This document shows, piece by piece, positions 32,448 through 41,402 of a stretch of DNA of 64,000 nucleotides. The stretch comes from Puniceicoccaceae bacterium (GTDB lineage: Bacteria > Verrucomicrobiota > Verrucomicrobiia > Opitutales > Oceanipulchritudinaceae). Within the stretch, counting starts at the first letter, position 1. Each line of letters opens with the position of its first letter. Both the position numbers and the translations under genes were made by a program. The notes under the pieces were generated by a model. It saw nothing but the letters and a program-made list of their open reading frames with translations. It ran no database searches and was not told the origin of the DNA. The DNA is taken from positions 1 to 64,000 of the forward strand of contig JBFOMH010000015.1 in assembly GCA_040830765.1 (NCBI GenBank), in the 5' to 3' direction.

Positions 32448-33005
32448 TTAGACGCGCCCGAGATAGCTCTTGTCGGCGGTCGATACCTTGATCGTGTCGC
32501 CGGTTTTGATAAAAAGGGGAGTCTGGATGATGAGTCCGGTGGAAGTGGTCACCGGCTTGAGGGCGGCACCGGAGGTATCCCCCTTGATGGCGTCGGGGGC
32601 TTCAGTGACTTCCAGCTCGACCGAAGCCGGCAGCTGGACCTGGACCGGTTCACCATCAACAAAGAGGACGTCCACCACGTTGCCCTCGGAAAGGAAATCC
32701 CTGGCATCCTCAATCAGTTTCTCATCGAGGACGACATCCTCAAAGGTGTCGGGGTCCATGAAATGCCAGCCTTCCTGGTCAATATAGCTAAGCTCCATGC
32801 GACGGTTGTCCGTCATCAGGATATCAACGGAATCGGTGCTGCGGAGCTTGGTGGTGGAGCTGGAACCGCTGCTCAGGTTGCGCAGGGTAACCTGAACAAA
32901 CCCGGCCTGCCGGCCCTGGGTCCGGTGCTGCATGTCGAGAACGAGGTGAGGCGCGCCATTGTAGGTAATGACCTTGCCTTTACGAATTTCAGTGGGAGAT
33001 GCCAT
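32448..33005 (-). CDS. efp: Elongation factor P with an atypical TQGR loop
   Basis: IRKG, FVQVTLRNL, FMDPDTFE, KGDT, PLFIKTGD and YLGR. Confidence 0.94.
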   Translation of the reverse strand: MASPTEIRKGKVITYNGAPHLVLDMQHRTQGRQAGFVQVTLRNLSSGSSSTTKLRSTDSVDILMTDNRRMELSYIDQEGWHFMDPDTFEDVVLDEKLIEDARDFLSEGNVVDVLFVDGEPVQVQLPASVELEVTEAPDAIKGDTSGAALKPVTTSTGLIIQTPLFIKTGDTIKVSTADKSYLGRV

Positions 33006-33011
33006 GGGATT

Positions 33012-33112
33012 AGAATGGATGAATCAAAAGGACGGTCAAACCATCCGTAACGCAGTCTGTCAATACCGCTGACATTCAGGCCTTTACAAAGGCGGATCGC
33101 TCTCGCCATACT
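33012..33112. promoter_or_regulatory. Back-to-back sigma70-like promoters for efp (-) and lpxC-fabZ (+)
   Basis: Minus strand: TTGACC-N16-CATTCT-N6-ATG. Plus strand: TTTACA-N18-CATACT-N7-ATG. Confidence 0.5.
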
Positions 33113-33119
33113 TTCTCCC

Positions 33120-34478
33120 ATGCGTCAAAGGACCCTCTTGCGAGAAGTTTCAACCCACGGCAAAGCGCTGCACACCGGACAGATGGTCCACCTGACCTTC
33201 AAACCGGCTCCGGAGAACCACGGGATCGTATTCCAGCGCACGGATCTTTACGGAAAACCGGAAATCAAGCCCCGCATCGAGCTCGTCCAGGACAAGCTGG
33301 TCCGAAGTACGGACATTTCCTCCGGCCACACCAGCCTGCACACCATCGAGCACGTCCTCAGCGCCCTCCAGGGGAGTGGTATCGACAACTGCCTTGTTGA
33401 GATGGATGCTTCCGAGCCGCCGATCCTCGATGGCTCAGCCAAGCACTACGTCAATCTCATCCAGAAGGCCGAACCGGTTGAGCAGGATGCGGAACGGGAT
33501 TACTTCGAACTGAAGGAGCCCATCTCGGTGACGGACGGTAACCGCTCCATCATCGCCCTGCCCTACGACGGATTCAAGGTCACCTGCACCAGCGCGGATG
33601 ACCGCGGCATCCATACCCAGCACCTCTCCATCGATCTCAACTCGGACAACTACATCGCGGACATTGCCCCGGCCCGGACCTTTACCATCTACGAGGATAT
33701 CGAACCGCTGCTGAAAATGGGCAAGATCCAGGGTGGCAGCCTCGATTCGGCAATTGTCATCAAGGGCGACCAGATTCTATCCAAGGAGCCGTTGCGCTTC
33801 GAGGACGAGTTTGTCCGTCACAAGATCCTCGATATCGTCGGGGACCTCTCGCTCCTCGGGAAACGGCTCAAGGCCCACATCGTCGCTGTCCGGCCCGGGC
33901 ACAAGCTCAATTCAGAGCTGACCAAGGTCCTTTTCCAGAAGATGCAGGGCAAACCGGAGCCCAAGGCCCTGGAACCGGTTCGCAAGGATGCACCGACCGC
34001 CAAGGGCAAGATGATCGCGCCGGAGGAGAAGCAGATCAATATCCGCCGCATCCTCGATATCCTCCCCCACGCCTATCCCTTTGTCATGGTCGACCGCGTG
34101 GTCGATATCAAGGACGACACGGAAATCCGGGCCATCAAGAACGTCACCATCAACGAGCCCTACTTCACCGGGCACTACCCGGGTAACCCGGTCATGCCGG
34201 GCGTCCTCCAGATTGAGTCGATGGCCCAGGCCGCCGGCCTGCTCCTCCTGCGGAAGATTTCCGCGGAAGGAAAAATCGCCCTTTTCATGAGTGCGGACAA
34301 GGTCAAGTTCCGCCGGGCAGTCATTCCCGGTGACCGACTCGATATCGAGGTCAAGGTCCTCAAGATCCGCTCCAACAAGCTGGCCACCGCAGCCGGCAAG
34401 TGCTTTGTCGAGGGCGAACTTGCCTCCTCTGCCGAACTGATGTTTACTGTCCTCGATGTCCCCGAAGAAGGGATGTAA
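33120..34478 (+). CDS. lpxC: Bifunctional LpxC deacetylase / FabZ dehydratase
   Basis: [34 protein letters not shown]; then [12 protein letters not shown] and [16 protein letters not shown]. Confidence 0.96.
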   Translation: MRQRTLLREVSTHGKALHTGQMVHLTFKPAPENHGIVFQRTDLYGKPEIKPRIELVQDKLVRSTDISSGHTSLHTIEHVLSALQGSGIDNCLVEMDASEPPILDGSAKHYVNLIQKAEPVEQDAERDYFELKEPISVTDGNRSIIALPYDGFKVTCTSADDRGIHTQHLSIDLNSDNYIADIAPARTFTIYEDIEPLLKMGKIQGGSLDSAIVIKGDQILSKEPLRFEDEFVRHKILDIVGDLSLLGKRLKAHIVAVRPGHKLNSELTKVLFQKMQGKPEPKALEPVRKDAPTAKGKMIAPEEKQINIRRILDILPHAYPFVMVDRVVDIKDDTEIRAIKNVTINEPYFTGHYPGNPVMPGVLQIESMAQAAGLLLLRKISAEGKIALFMSADKVKFRRAVIPGDRLDIEVKVLKIRSNKLATAAGKCFVEGELASSAELMFTVLDVPEEGM

Positions 34479-34499
34479 TTCTGCCAACCAATAATCCCC

Positions 34500-34847
34500 A
34501 TGAGTGAGCCGACCCTTTTTGAACGCATCCTGGCCGGGGAAATTCCTGCCGATATCGTCCACCAGGACGACCTCGCCTTTGTCATCAAGGACATCAATCC
34601 CCAGGCACCTGTCCATTGCCTCGTCATTCCCAAAAAGCCGCTTCCCCGGGTGGCCCTGGCTGTTGATGATGACCGGGACCTGCTGGGGCACCTCCTTCTG
34701 GTCGCCCGGGACATGGCCCGCAAGCTGAACCTGGCTGAGGATGGCTATCGCATCGTCATCAACAACGGGCCCAATGGAGGGGAGAGTGTCCCCCACCTCC
34801 ATGTCCATCTCATCGGAGGCCGCCAGATGACCTGGCCTCCCGGTTGA
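34500..34847 (+). CDS. Histidine triad nucleotide-binding protein (HinT-like)
   Basis: DINPQAPVH, VPHLHVHLIGGR and WPPG. Confidence 0.94.
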   Translation: MSEPTLFERILAGEIPADIVHQDDLAFVIKDINPQAPVHCLVIPKKPLPRVALAVDDDRDLLGHLLLVARDMARKLNLAEDGYRIVINNGPNGGESVPHLHVHLIGGRQMTWPPG

Positions 34848-34853
34848 ACCGTA

Positions 34854-35966
34854 TCAGGCCCGCTCGTAGCGCCCGTCAAGCCGGCGGCACAAGAGGCCGG
34901 CTACTTCCATTTCAAGCACGGTCCCGGAAAGGACAGGTATCGCTGAGTCCGTTCCGCTGGCGACGTCATCAAGGTTGGAGGGTCCGTTTTCGGCAAGGAA
35001 TTGCCAGATGCCAGCCTGCAGGCCTTCAAGCTCGGGATCCTTGTCTGCCGGAGCTTGAGTTCCTCGACTTTGCTGCGGCCGCAGGGCTTTGGGAAGATAC
35101 TCCAGGTCGTCGAGAATATCTTCCACTCGCGTAACCAGCTGCGCGCCGTCCCGGATCAGGGCATGGCACCCGGCCGACTCCGGGGAATCCACCCGGCCCG
35201 GCAGGACGTAGACCGGCCGGCCCTGCTCGGAGGCCATCCGGGCGGTAATCAGGCTACCTCCCCGGGAACCCGACTCAATCACCACCACGGCCTCGCTGAC
35301 TCCGGCGACAATCCGGTTGCGCTGGGGAAAGCTGCGCCGGTCAGCTCGCCGCCAAAGGGGGAATTCGGTCCAGACGCCACCGCTCTCCCGGATACTCTCC
35401 ATCAATCCACGGTTACTGGACGGATAAACACAATTGAGCCCACTGCCAAGAATAGCTGCGGTCTTTCCGCCACATTCGAGGGCGGCACGGTGTGCCTCCG
35501 TGTCGATTCCCTCGGCCAGGCCGCTGACGATGCATATACCCTGCCGGCATAATTCGGAAGAGAAGATTCGTGCCAGCCGGCGCCCATAGGCACTGGGTTT
35601 GCGGGTTCCCACGATGGCGATGTTACGCCTGGTCAAATTCAATCCCGCCCGGCTCCGGTAGAGCCCAATCGGCCGATCCGAAAAGGGCCGGAGCCTCTCC
35701 GGGTAATCCGGTTCCTCGGATGTGACAAAATCAGCCGCCAGGTCCTTCAGCTCGCGGAACACCCGGTCCGGCGGGAAGTACCGTTGCCAGTTTGACAGTT
35801 GCTCAACCACGCGGGGCGGACACCAGTTGGCCAACTTGACATGGTCCATCTCAAGGAGCTGCTCTGCTCCCCCCTCCAAGGCGCGGTCCAGCTTGCGCAG
35901 GTTGACCGGCCCGATTCCGGGCAGGGCAGCAAGAATCATCAGGGAGGTACGACGATCATAAGCCAT
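34854..35966 (-). CDS. dprA: DNA-processing protein DprA
   Basis: AIVGTRKPS.YG, SGLAEGID..AH, FPQRNRI, GSLITA and a C-terminal wHTH. Confidence 0.95.
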   Translation of the reverse strand: MAYDRRTSLMILAALPGIGPVNLRKLDRALEGGAEQLLEMDHVKLANWCPPRVVEQLSNWQRYFPPDRVFRELKDLAADFVTSEEPDYPERLRPFSDRPIGLYRSRAGLNLTRRNIAIVGTRKPSAYGRRLARIFSSELCRQGICIVSGLAEGIDTEAHRAALECGGKTAAILGSGLNCVYPSSNRGLMESIRESGGVWTEFPLWRRADRRSFPQRNRIVAGVSEAVVVIESGSRGGSLITARMASEQGRPVYVLPGRVDSPESAGCHALIRDGAQLVTRVEDILDDLEYLPKALRPQQSRGTQAPADKDPELEGLQAGIWQFLAENGPSNLDDVASGTDSAIPVLSGTVLEMEVAGLLCRRLDGRYERA

Positions 35967-36017
35967 CCAGGGACATGCTTTCACTCCCCGGCGCCGATGA
36001 GCAAGCTGACTGACTAC

Positions 36018-37580
36018 CTAATCCCGGGCACGCAGGCTTTCCGAAAGGCAGGGCAGCATCTCTGTCGTATGAACCGCGATGACTCCCCGGTCGCGGGCCA
36101 GGCAGTCACCTGCCGCACCGTGCCAGGCAATTGCCTGCAGGGCCACTTCCAGCGGGTTGGCCGGATTTTGCGCCAGCAGGGACGAAAGCATCCCGGAAAG
36201 GATGTCCCCTGCTCCACCACGAGCCAGCACAGGCCCACCAACAGGCATGGCAATCAGCTTCTTGCCATCGGAGACATACGTCGGGCTTCCCTTGAGGACA
36301 GTCACGGTACGGTACTTCTGGCTGAAACGAACCATTTCCTCAATGGGATTGGGAATATCCTTGATTCCGTGCATGCGGGCAAACTCACCCACATGCGGGG
36401 TGATGATAACCGGACCGGCGGACAAGGGACGGCCCAGCACGGCGGCGACAATATCCTGGGTCAGGGCCGAGGCATCGAGCACGAGGGGAATATGCGTCTC
36501 ACGAACCACCCGGCAAATGGTGAAGACGGTGGCCCGATCAAGGACCAGCCCCGGACCAATCAACATCACCTGTGCCCTTGAGGCCGCTTGGGCGACAATC
36601 CGGACGGTCTCCACATCAAGCCCGCCGTCGTGGGTCACAGGCAGCGGCCGCCACATCGCTTCCGGGACACGGCTGGCAATCTGGGTGGCCACTGTTGCCG
36701 GGGCAAGGGTTGTCACCAGGCCGGCACCGGCATTGAGTGCCCCCAACGTTGCCATCAAGGCGGCCCCCGGCATCTGGCTGGAACCGGCGAGGATCAGGCA
36801 ATGGCCATAGTCTCGCTTGTCGGTCTGCGCGGAACGCGCCTTGTTCAAGACCTTGTAGGCCCGCGGTGAGCCAACATACTCCAGATGCCCATCGGTCGCC
36901 TTCGGTTCGAGAAAGGGATCGATTTCAAGAAAGCGAATCCGCCCGACAAGGTTGGCGTTCGCCTTGTCGAAGCAAGGTGCCTTGGCCACGCCGGGAACAT
37001 AAGTGATATCCGTGACAAAGGCGTTCTCGTCAGCTGCCTCGCCGAGTCCACTCGGCAAATCAACTGCAACCCGGAGGGCAATTGATGTCCGATCATTGAC
37101 GGCCTGCAGAAGTGCCGACGCTTCTTCCCTGAGCGGGGGCCGGAATCCGTGGCCGTAGAGGCCATCAATAACAACGTCAAAAGGAGCCTCGGCCTGTTCG
37201 AGGAAAGCTTCACTGGTCACCAGCTGCAACCGTTCGCCCATGGCAGCCTGCAATCTCTCCAGGGCCGCCGCAGCAATAGGACTGTATTCACTTGAAGGAA
37301 CTGTCTGTACCAGGACCGCCTGCAACCCGGGATGAGCCTCATTGAGGACGCCGCAGGCAACAAGGGCATCACCCGTATTGAGCCCTTTCCCGCCCAGAAG
37401 AAGGACCCGCGGTGCCTCGGGCCAGGTGGTGATTTCGGTGAAGTCCTTCAAGAGGGCTTCGCCGATGGCACGGCCGGCGTTTTCCATGGCCGCCGCTGTT
37501 TTGCCGGCATCATCGCCAAGGATGGATGATTCAAAGGCCCGGGCGGCCTCGATACTCAGGATGGGATAAAGTTGGGTCAT
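36018..37580 (-). CDS. nnr: Bifunctional NAD(P)H-hydrate epimerase/dehydratase
   Basis: MENAG, AVDLPSG, KRDYG, GAGLV, GPGL, LDAS, TPHVGEFAR, VLKG and GAGDILSG. Confidence 0.9.
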   Translation of the reverse strand: MTQLYPILSIEAARAFESSILGDDAGKTAAAMENAGRAIGEALLKDFTEITTWPEAPRVLLLGGKGLNTGDALVACGVLNEAHPGLQAVLVQTVPSSEYSPIAAAALERLQAAMGERLQLVTSEAFLEQAEAPFDVVIDGLYGHGFRPPLREEASALLQAVNDRTSIALRVAVDLPSGLGEAADENAFVTDITYVPGVAKAPCFDKANANLVGRIRFLEIDPFLEPKATDGHLEYVGSPRAYKVLNKARSAQTDKRDYGHCLILAGSSQMPGAALMATLGALNAGAGLVTTLAPATVATQIASRVPEAMWRPLPVTHDGGLDVETVRIVAQAASRAQVMLIGPGLVLDRATVFTICRVVRETHIPLVLDASALTQDIVAAVLGRPLSAGPVIITPHVGEFARMHGIKDIPNPIEEMVRFSQKYRTVTVLKGSPTYVSDGKKLIAMPVGGPVLARGGAGDILSGMLSSLLAQNPANPLEVALQAIAWHGAAGDCLARDRGVIAVHTTEMLPCLSESLRARD

Positions 37581-37632
37581 ATTCTTGAACAGGCAGAAAC
37601 AGGAAGGCGGTTATTAGCAAGCAGTTGCTACC

Positions 37633-38400
37633 TCAAGGCAAGCCCTCGTTCATCCGGGCTTTCATTTCACGGACCGCTTCCCCGATCCCGCTAAACAGTG
37701 CCCGGGAAATGATGCTGTGCCCAATGTTCATCTCATAAATCCCAGAAATACGGCGGACCCGGACAATGTTGGTGTAGTTGATCCCATGGCCGGCATTGAT
37801 AATCAGGCCCAATTGCTGGCCAGTGACCGCAGCCGCCTCCAGTCGCAGGGCTTCGGCTTCTCCCTCTTCGGTGTAATAGGCGTTGGCGAAGGCACCGGTA
37901 TGCAGCTCGACGTAGGTTGCCCCCGTCTCCCTTGATGCCTCCAGTTGGGGGGTGTCCGGATCGATGAAAAGGCTGGTCTTGATCCCCTTTGCCAGCAGGG
38001 CTTGCACGATCTCCGTGATCCGGGCCTTCTGGGAAACGATGTCCAGCCCGCCCTCCGTCGAGACCTCTTCCCGTTTTTCCGGGACCAGACAGACCGTGTG
38101 CGGAACGACCTCGAGAGCGAATTCAAGCATCTCCGGCGTGCAGGCCATCTCCATGTTCAGCGGCACCTGCAGGGCCTCCTTCAAGGCCACGACGTCGCCC
38201 TTCTGGATGTGACGTCCGTCTTCCCGGGGGTGGACAGTGATTCCGTCCGCACCCGCCCGCTCGGCCTCCAGGGCCAGGGCCACTGGATCCGGTTCCACCA
38301 TTTCTCCGCGAAGGCGGTCATAGCCCCGGTACCGGGCCTGCCGCAAGGTGGCTGCGTGGTCGATGTTTACCCCAAGGCGGATTCTCTTGTTTTCCTCCAT
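37633..38400 (-). CDS. pdxJ: Pyridoxine 5'-phosphate synthase
   Basis: LGVNIDHAATLRQAR, HPRED.RHI, VPEKREE..TEGG, ELHTG and NIGHSI. Confidence 0.97.
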   Translation of the reverse strand: MEENKRIRLGVNIDHAATLRQARYRGYDRLRGEMVEPDPVALALEAERAGADGITVHPREDGRHIQKGDVVALKEALQVPLNMEMACTPEMLEFALEVVPHTVCLVPEKREEVSTEGGLDIVSQKARITEIVQALLAKGIKTSLFIDPDTPQLEASRETGATYVELHTGAFANAYYTEEGEAEALRLEAAAVTGQQLGLIINAGHGINYTNIVRVRRISGIYEMNIGHSIISRALFSGIGEAVREMKARMNEGLP

Positions 38401-38426
38401 AATGATTCCCAATAAAGTAAGTTGCC

Positions 38427-39146
38427 TTAAAAAAGCGAGTCCTGGCTGACTTGCGGCTGTTCCGCTTCTTCGGATAAAACCTTGCCCAAGAAGGAGGGCC
38501 GGTGGTGGTGGCTCGGCCCCAACTGGCGCAAGGCCTCCACATGCTGGCTGGTCCCGTAGCCCTTATGGACGGCAAACCCGTAGCCCGGGCATTCGCGGTC
38601 CAGCTCCCGCATCATGGTATCCCGGTGCTCCTTGGCGTGGATGCCGGCAAGGGCAATTGCCAGGGAACGCCGATCGCCCTTGACGATACCCCGATGGGAT
38701 ACCGGAAAGGCCCGGATCGGGCGGCCATCAATGAGGATGGTCACCGGTCCTTCACCGTTTCCGGCCTTCCACAGGGTTCCTTCCTCGATTTCGAGGACCT
38801 GCGCCAGCGCACGGCGCATGGCAAGGGTTGTTGCGTGATAGATATTATGTTCCTCGATCTCCTCCACCGTTGCTGCCCCGATACCAATTTGTATCCATTT
38901 TTCATGACAAGCCTTGCGGAAGCGTTCAACCACGGCAGCACGCTTTTCAGCCGAGAGGCACTTGGAATCATTGACTCCCCGGCTGTTCCGCCGGCACCAG
39001 GAAGTGGAGTAGAAGGATGCCTCGCAGCGGACGGCGGCGGCAATCACCGGACCGGCAAGGCAGCCACGGCCAGCTTCATCAATCCCGACAAGACAGGCAG
39101 CCCCGTCCAGTGCGCGCTTGTCAAAACCAACCAGCCCGACCGGCAT
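38427..39146 (-). CDS. rnhB: Ribonuclease HII
   Basis: GIDEAGRGCLAGPV, DSK, IDG, KGD, HKGYGT and HRPSF. Confidence 0.93.
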   Translation of the reverse strand: MPVGLVGFDKRALDGAACLVGIDEAGRGCLAGPVIAAAVRCEASFYSTSWCRRNSRGVNDSKCLSAEKRAAVVERFRKACHEKWIQIGIGAATVEEIEEHNIYHATTLAMRRALAQVLEIEEGTLWKAGNGEGPVTILIDGRPIRAFPVSHRGIVKGDRRSLAIALAGIHAKEHRDTMMRELDRECPGYGFAVHKGYGTSQHVEALRQLGPSHHHRPSFLGKVLSEEAEQPQVSQDSLF

Positions 39147-40126
39147 TATCGATAAAAGGAGGGCTTCTTCGGCACCGGCAGCCCGAGGATTTCATAGGCG
39201 GTCTTGAAGTGAACCTTGGCAAAGTCCTTGAGGCGGTGCGCCCCCAGCTTGGCCACCAGTTCCTCGCCCTGCTTCTTGACCTGGGCACTGGCGCCCTTCT
39301 TCAATTCCTCCCCGAACTCGGTGCTCAGCTTCCGCAGCTGACGGACAAATTCCGCCCGTGCACAGATCGACGCCGCGGCAACGACCGGGTCTGCTTCCGC
39401 CTTGGTCTGCATCTTCAGGTTGAAGTCGACCCCGTCCTTCTTCAGTTGCTGCTGGGTCAGGGGCGCCTTGCTGAACTGGTCCAGCATGCCCCACTCCACT
39501 TCCCGTACCTCCAGCGCGGCCTTCACCGAGCGGGAATGAAACCAGGCCAGTAGCTTGTTCAGGTTCGCTCCTGGCTTGCTCATCAATTCATTATAGCGCG
39601 GCATCCCGGCAAAGGTCTTCTTCACCACCACGCCCTTCGTCCGCAGGATGATTTTCTCCAGACGGAGAATGCTGCCATCGGTCAGGTTCTTGGAGTCCTT
39701 GACGCCCTCTTCCTGCCAGTGCCGCACCATCTCGCCATCAGCGATGACGCAGCAGGAAACCAGCGGACCAAACAAGTCACCTTTTCCGGCCTCATCGACG
39801 CCGGCATGCGGCTCAAACCATTCCGGATGGTGAATCACATCATAACCCATGCGGGGATCCCCGGTCACCTCCGCCTCAAGCACATTCTGGACAAAGGATT
39901 CGGTCCCTTTTCCCTGAATGACTACCTTGCCGCTCTTGTAAGCCACGATATTCACTTGCTCATGAGGGGCCTTGAAGGCAAACAGGCTATGGTCCACATG
40001 ATAGTATCCGTACACCCGCTTGTCGCAAATCTCCTCGAGCTGCTCCAGTTGCCCGGGCTCAAGGGTAATCGTGTAAATCGTCTTTACCCGCGGCTCGTCG
40101 CTTTCTCCGCTTTTCTTCTTTTTCAT
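39146..40126 (-). CDS. rnhC: Ribonuclease HIII (start 40126 or 40168)
   Basis: TBP-like N-domain YKSGKVVIQGK, GVDEAGKGDLFGPL, VKDSK, DQF, KAE, VAAASICAR and AKVHF. Confidence 0.93.
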   Translation of the reverse strand: MKKKKSGESDEPRVKTIYTITLEPGQLEQLEEICDKRVYGYYHVDHSLFAFKAPHEQVNIVAYKSGKVVIQGKGTESFVQNVLEAEVTGDPRMGYDVIHHPEWFEPHAGVDEAGKGDLFGPLVSCCVIADGEMVRHWQEEGVKDSKNLTDGSILRLEKIILRTKGVVVKKTFAGMPRYNELMSKPGANLNKLLAWFHSRSVKAALEVREVEWGMLDQFSKAPLTQQQLKKDGVDFNLKMQTKAEADPVVAAASICARAEFVRQLRKLSTEFGEELKKGASAQVKKQGEELVAKLGAHRLKDFAKVHFKTAYEILGLPVPKKPSFYR

Positions 40127-40173
40127 CACCTGATTATTCGAATGCCTGAACAATTTAGGTTTTTCCATTAGCC

Positions 40174-41178
40174 ATGCGAGGGGATTTCTCAGTTTTTCGC
40201 AAAGAGTTGCTCGCCTGGTTCGACGAGGAACAGCGCGATCTGCCCTGGCGGACCCGGCCTAGCCTCTACAAGACGGTCGTTTCCGAGTTCATGCTGCAGC
40301 AGACGCAGGTCGAGACGGTGCTCCCCTACTTTGGAAAATGGCTGGCCCGCTTCCCCGGGTTTGAGGAACTGGCGCAGGCTGATGAACGTGAGGTGATGAA
40401 GCACTGGGAAGGGCTGGGCTACTACTCGCGGGCACGCAATCTGCATCGACTGGCAAAATCCATTGTCTCAGAAGGCATTCCAGAGGATGTCGCCACCTGG
40501 CTGGGTCGTCCGGGCGTCGGGCCCTACACTGCCGCCGCCATTGCCAGCATCGCCCAGGGCATCCCGGAACCGGTCATTGATGGCAATGTTATTCGCGTCC
40601 TTGCGCGCTTGACCATGGATCAGCATCCCCTTCGCTCCGCGGCGGATGGCCGCAAGCGTTACCTGCCCCTGGCCAAGGAACTGATCGACCCGAAGCGCCC
40701 GGGAGATTTCAACGAGGCCGTCATGGAGTTGGGTGCCACCCTCTGTCGCAAGGCCAAGCCGTTGTGCCTCCTTTGCCCGGTGAAGGAGCACTGCAAGGCG
40801 GCTGGTACTGCAGCTCCCGGTAGTATTCCTGTCATCGAACGGAAACCAACGCGCCACCGGGAAGTGGCCCGCCTCTGGCTCAAGAAGGATGGCAAGCTGC
40901 TGCTCCATTTTCATCCGCAAGATGCTGCCCGGCTCGCCGGGATGGCCGAGCTGCCATCCTTGGAAACGATACCGGATGGTGAACCCTTCCTTATTAAAGC
41001 ACGTGGCATTTCCTCCGAGCGCATTCGCGAATCCATTTTCGCTCTCGCGGCGGACCATCCTCTGGCCGGGAAATGCCTCGAAATCCCCCAAAACCGATGG
41101 GTTCCACTCGCGGACTTGGGGACGATCACGCTCTCAGGCCCGCATCGGCGCTGGATTGGCGAACTTCTGGAGCGGTAA
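40174..41178 (+). CDS. mutY: A/G-specific adenine glycosylase
   Basis: RDLPWR, SEFMLQQTQV, WEGLGYYSRARNL, PGVGPYTA, DGNV and a C-X6-C-X2-C-X5-C Fe-S motif. Confidence 0.95.
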   Translation: MRGDFSVFRKELLAWFDEEQRDLPWRTRPSLYKTVVSEFMLQQTQVETVLPYFGKWLARFPGFEELAQADEREVMKHWEGLGYYSRARNLHRLAKSIVSEGIPEDVATWLGRPGVGPYTAAAIASIAQGIPEPVIDGNVIRVLARLTMDQHPLRSAADGRKRYLPLAKELIDPKRPGDFNEAVMELGATLCRKAKPLCLLCPVKEHCKAAGTAAPGSIPVIERKPTRHREVARLWLKKDGKLLLHFHPQDAARLAGMAELPSLETIPDGEPFLIKARGISSERIRESIFALAADHPLAGKCLEIPQNRWVPLADLGTITLSGPHRRWIGELLER

Positions 41179-41291
41179 TCCGGCTGCCCCACCGCATTAG
41201 CTGGTGTAATTATGATGCTTAGTTTCGGTAATTAAAACCGGCGGGCTGATTTTCCCCTTTTCAGCCATTGGAGAAGATATTTGTCTGTGGA

Positions 41292-41339
41292 GCACAACAT
41301 GTAGGGGTACATTTCAGGGAGAACCACAACATGTTGCTG
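41292..41339. promoter_or_regulatory. Tandem NrdR boxes upstream of nrdJ
   Basis: GCACAACATGTAGGGG (41292-41307) and CCACAACATGTTGCTG (41324-41339) fit the acaCwAtATaTwGtgt core and are offset by 32 bp. Confidence 0.82.
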
Positions 41340-41344
41340 ACACT

Positions 41345-41353
41345 TTATTCACA
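41345..41353 (+). promoter_or_regulatory. Putative DnaA box
   Basis: TTATTCACA matches TTATNCACA, just downstream of the second NrdR box. Confidence 0.5.
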
Positions 41354-41402
41354 CAGTTCTTAACACTCCCAGCGCTTAACCAATACACTCTCGAAGATCT
41401 CC

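Noticed and set aside
16803..35966. Pseudopilin locus plus dprA as a competence system
   Set aside because: No comEC, comEA, comF or pilT is in the window, GspG/GspK motifs are T2SS-like, and dprA is widespread.
41179..41402. Possible cobalamin riboswitch before the B12-dependent RNR
   Set aside because: No B12-box or conserved core is visible. The region is explained by a small hairpin and NrdR/DnaA-like sites. An Rfam scan was not run.
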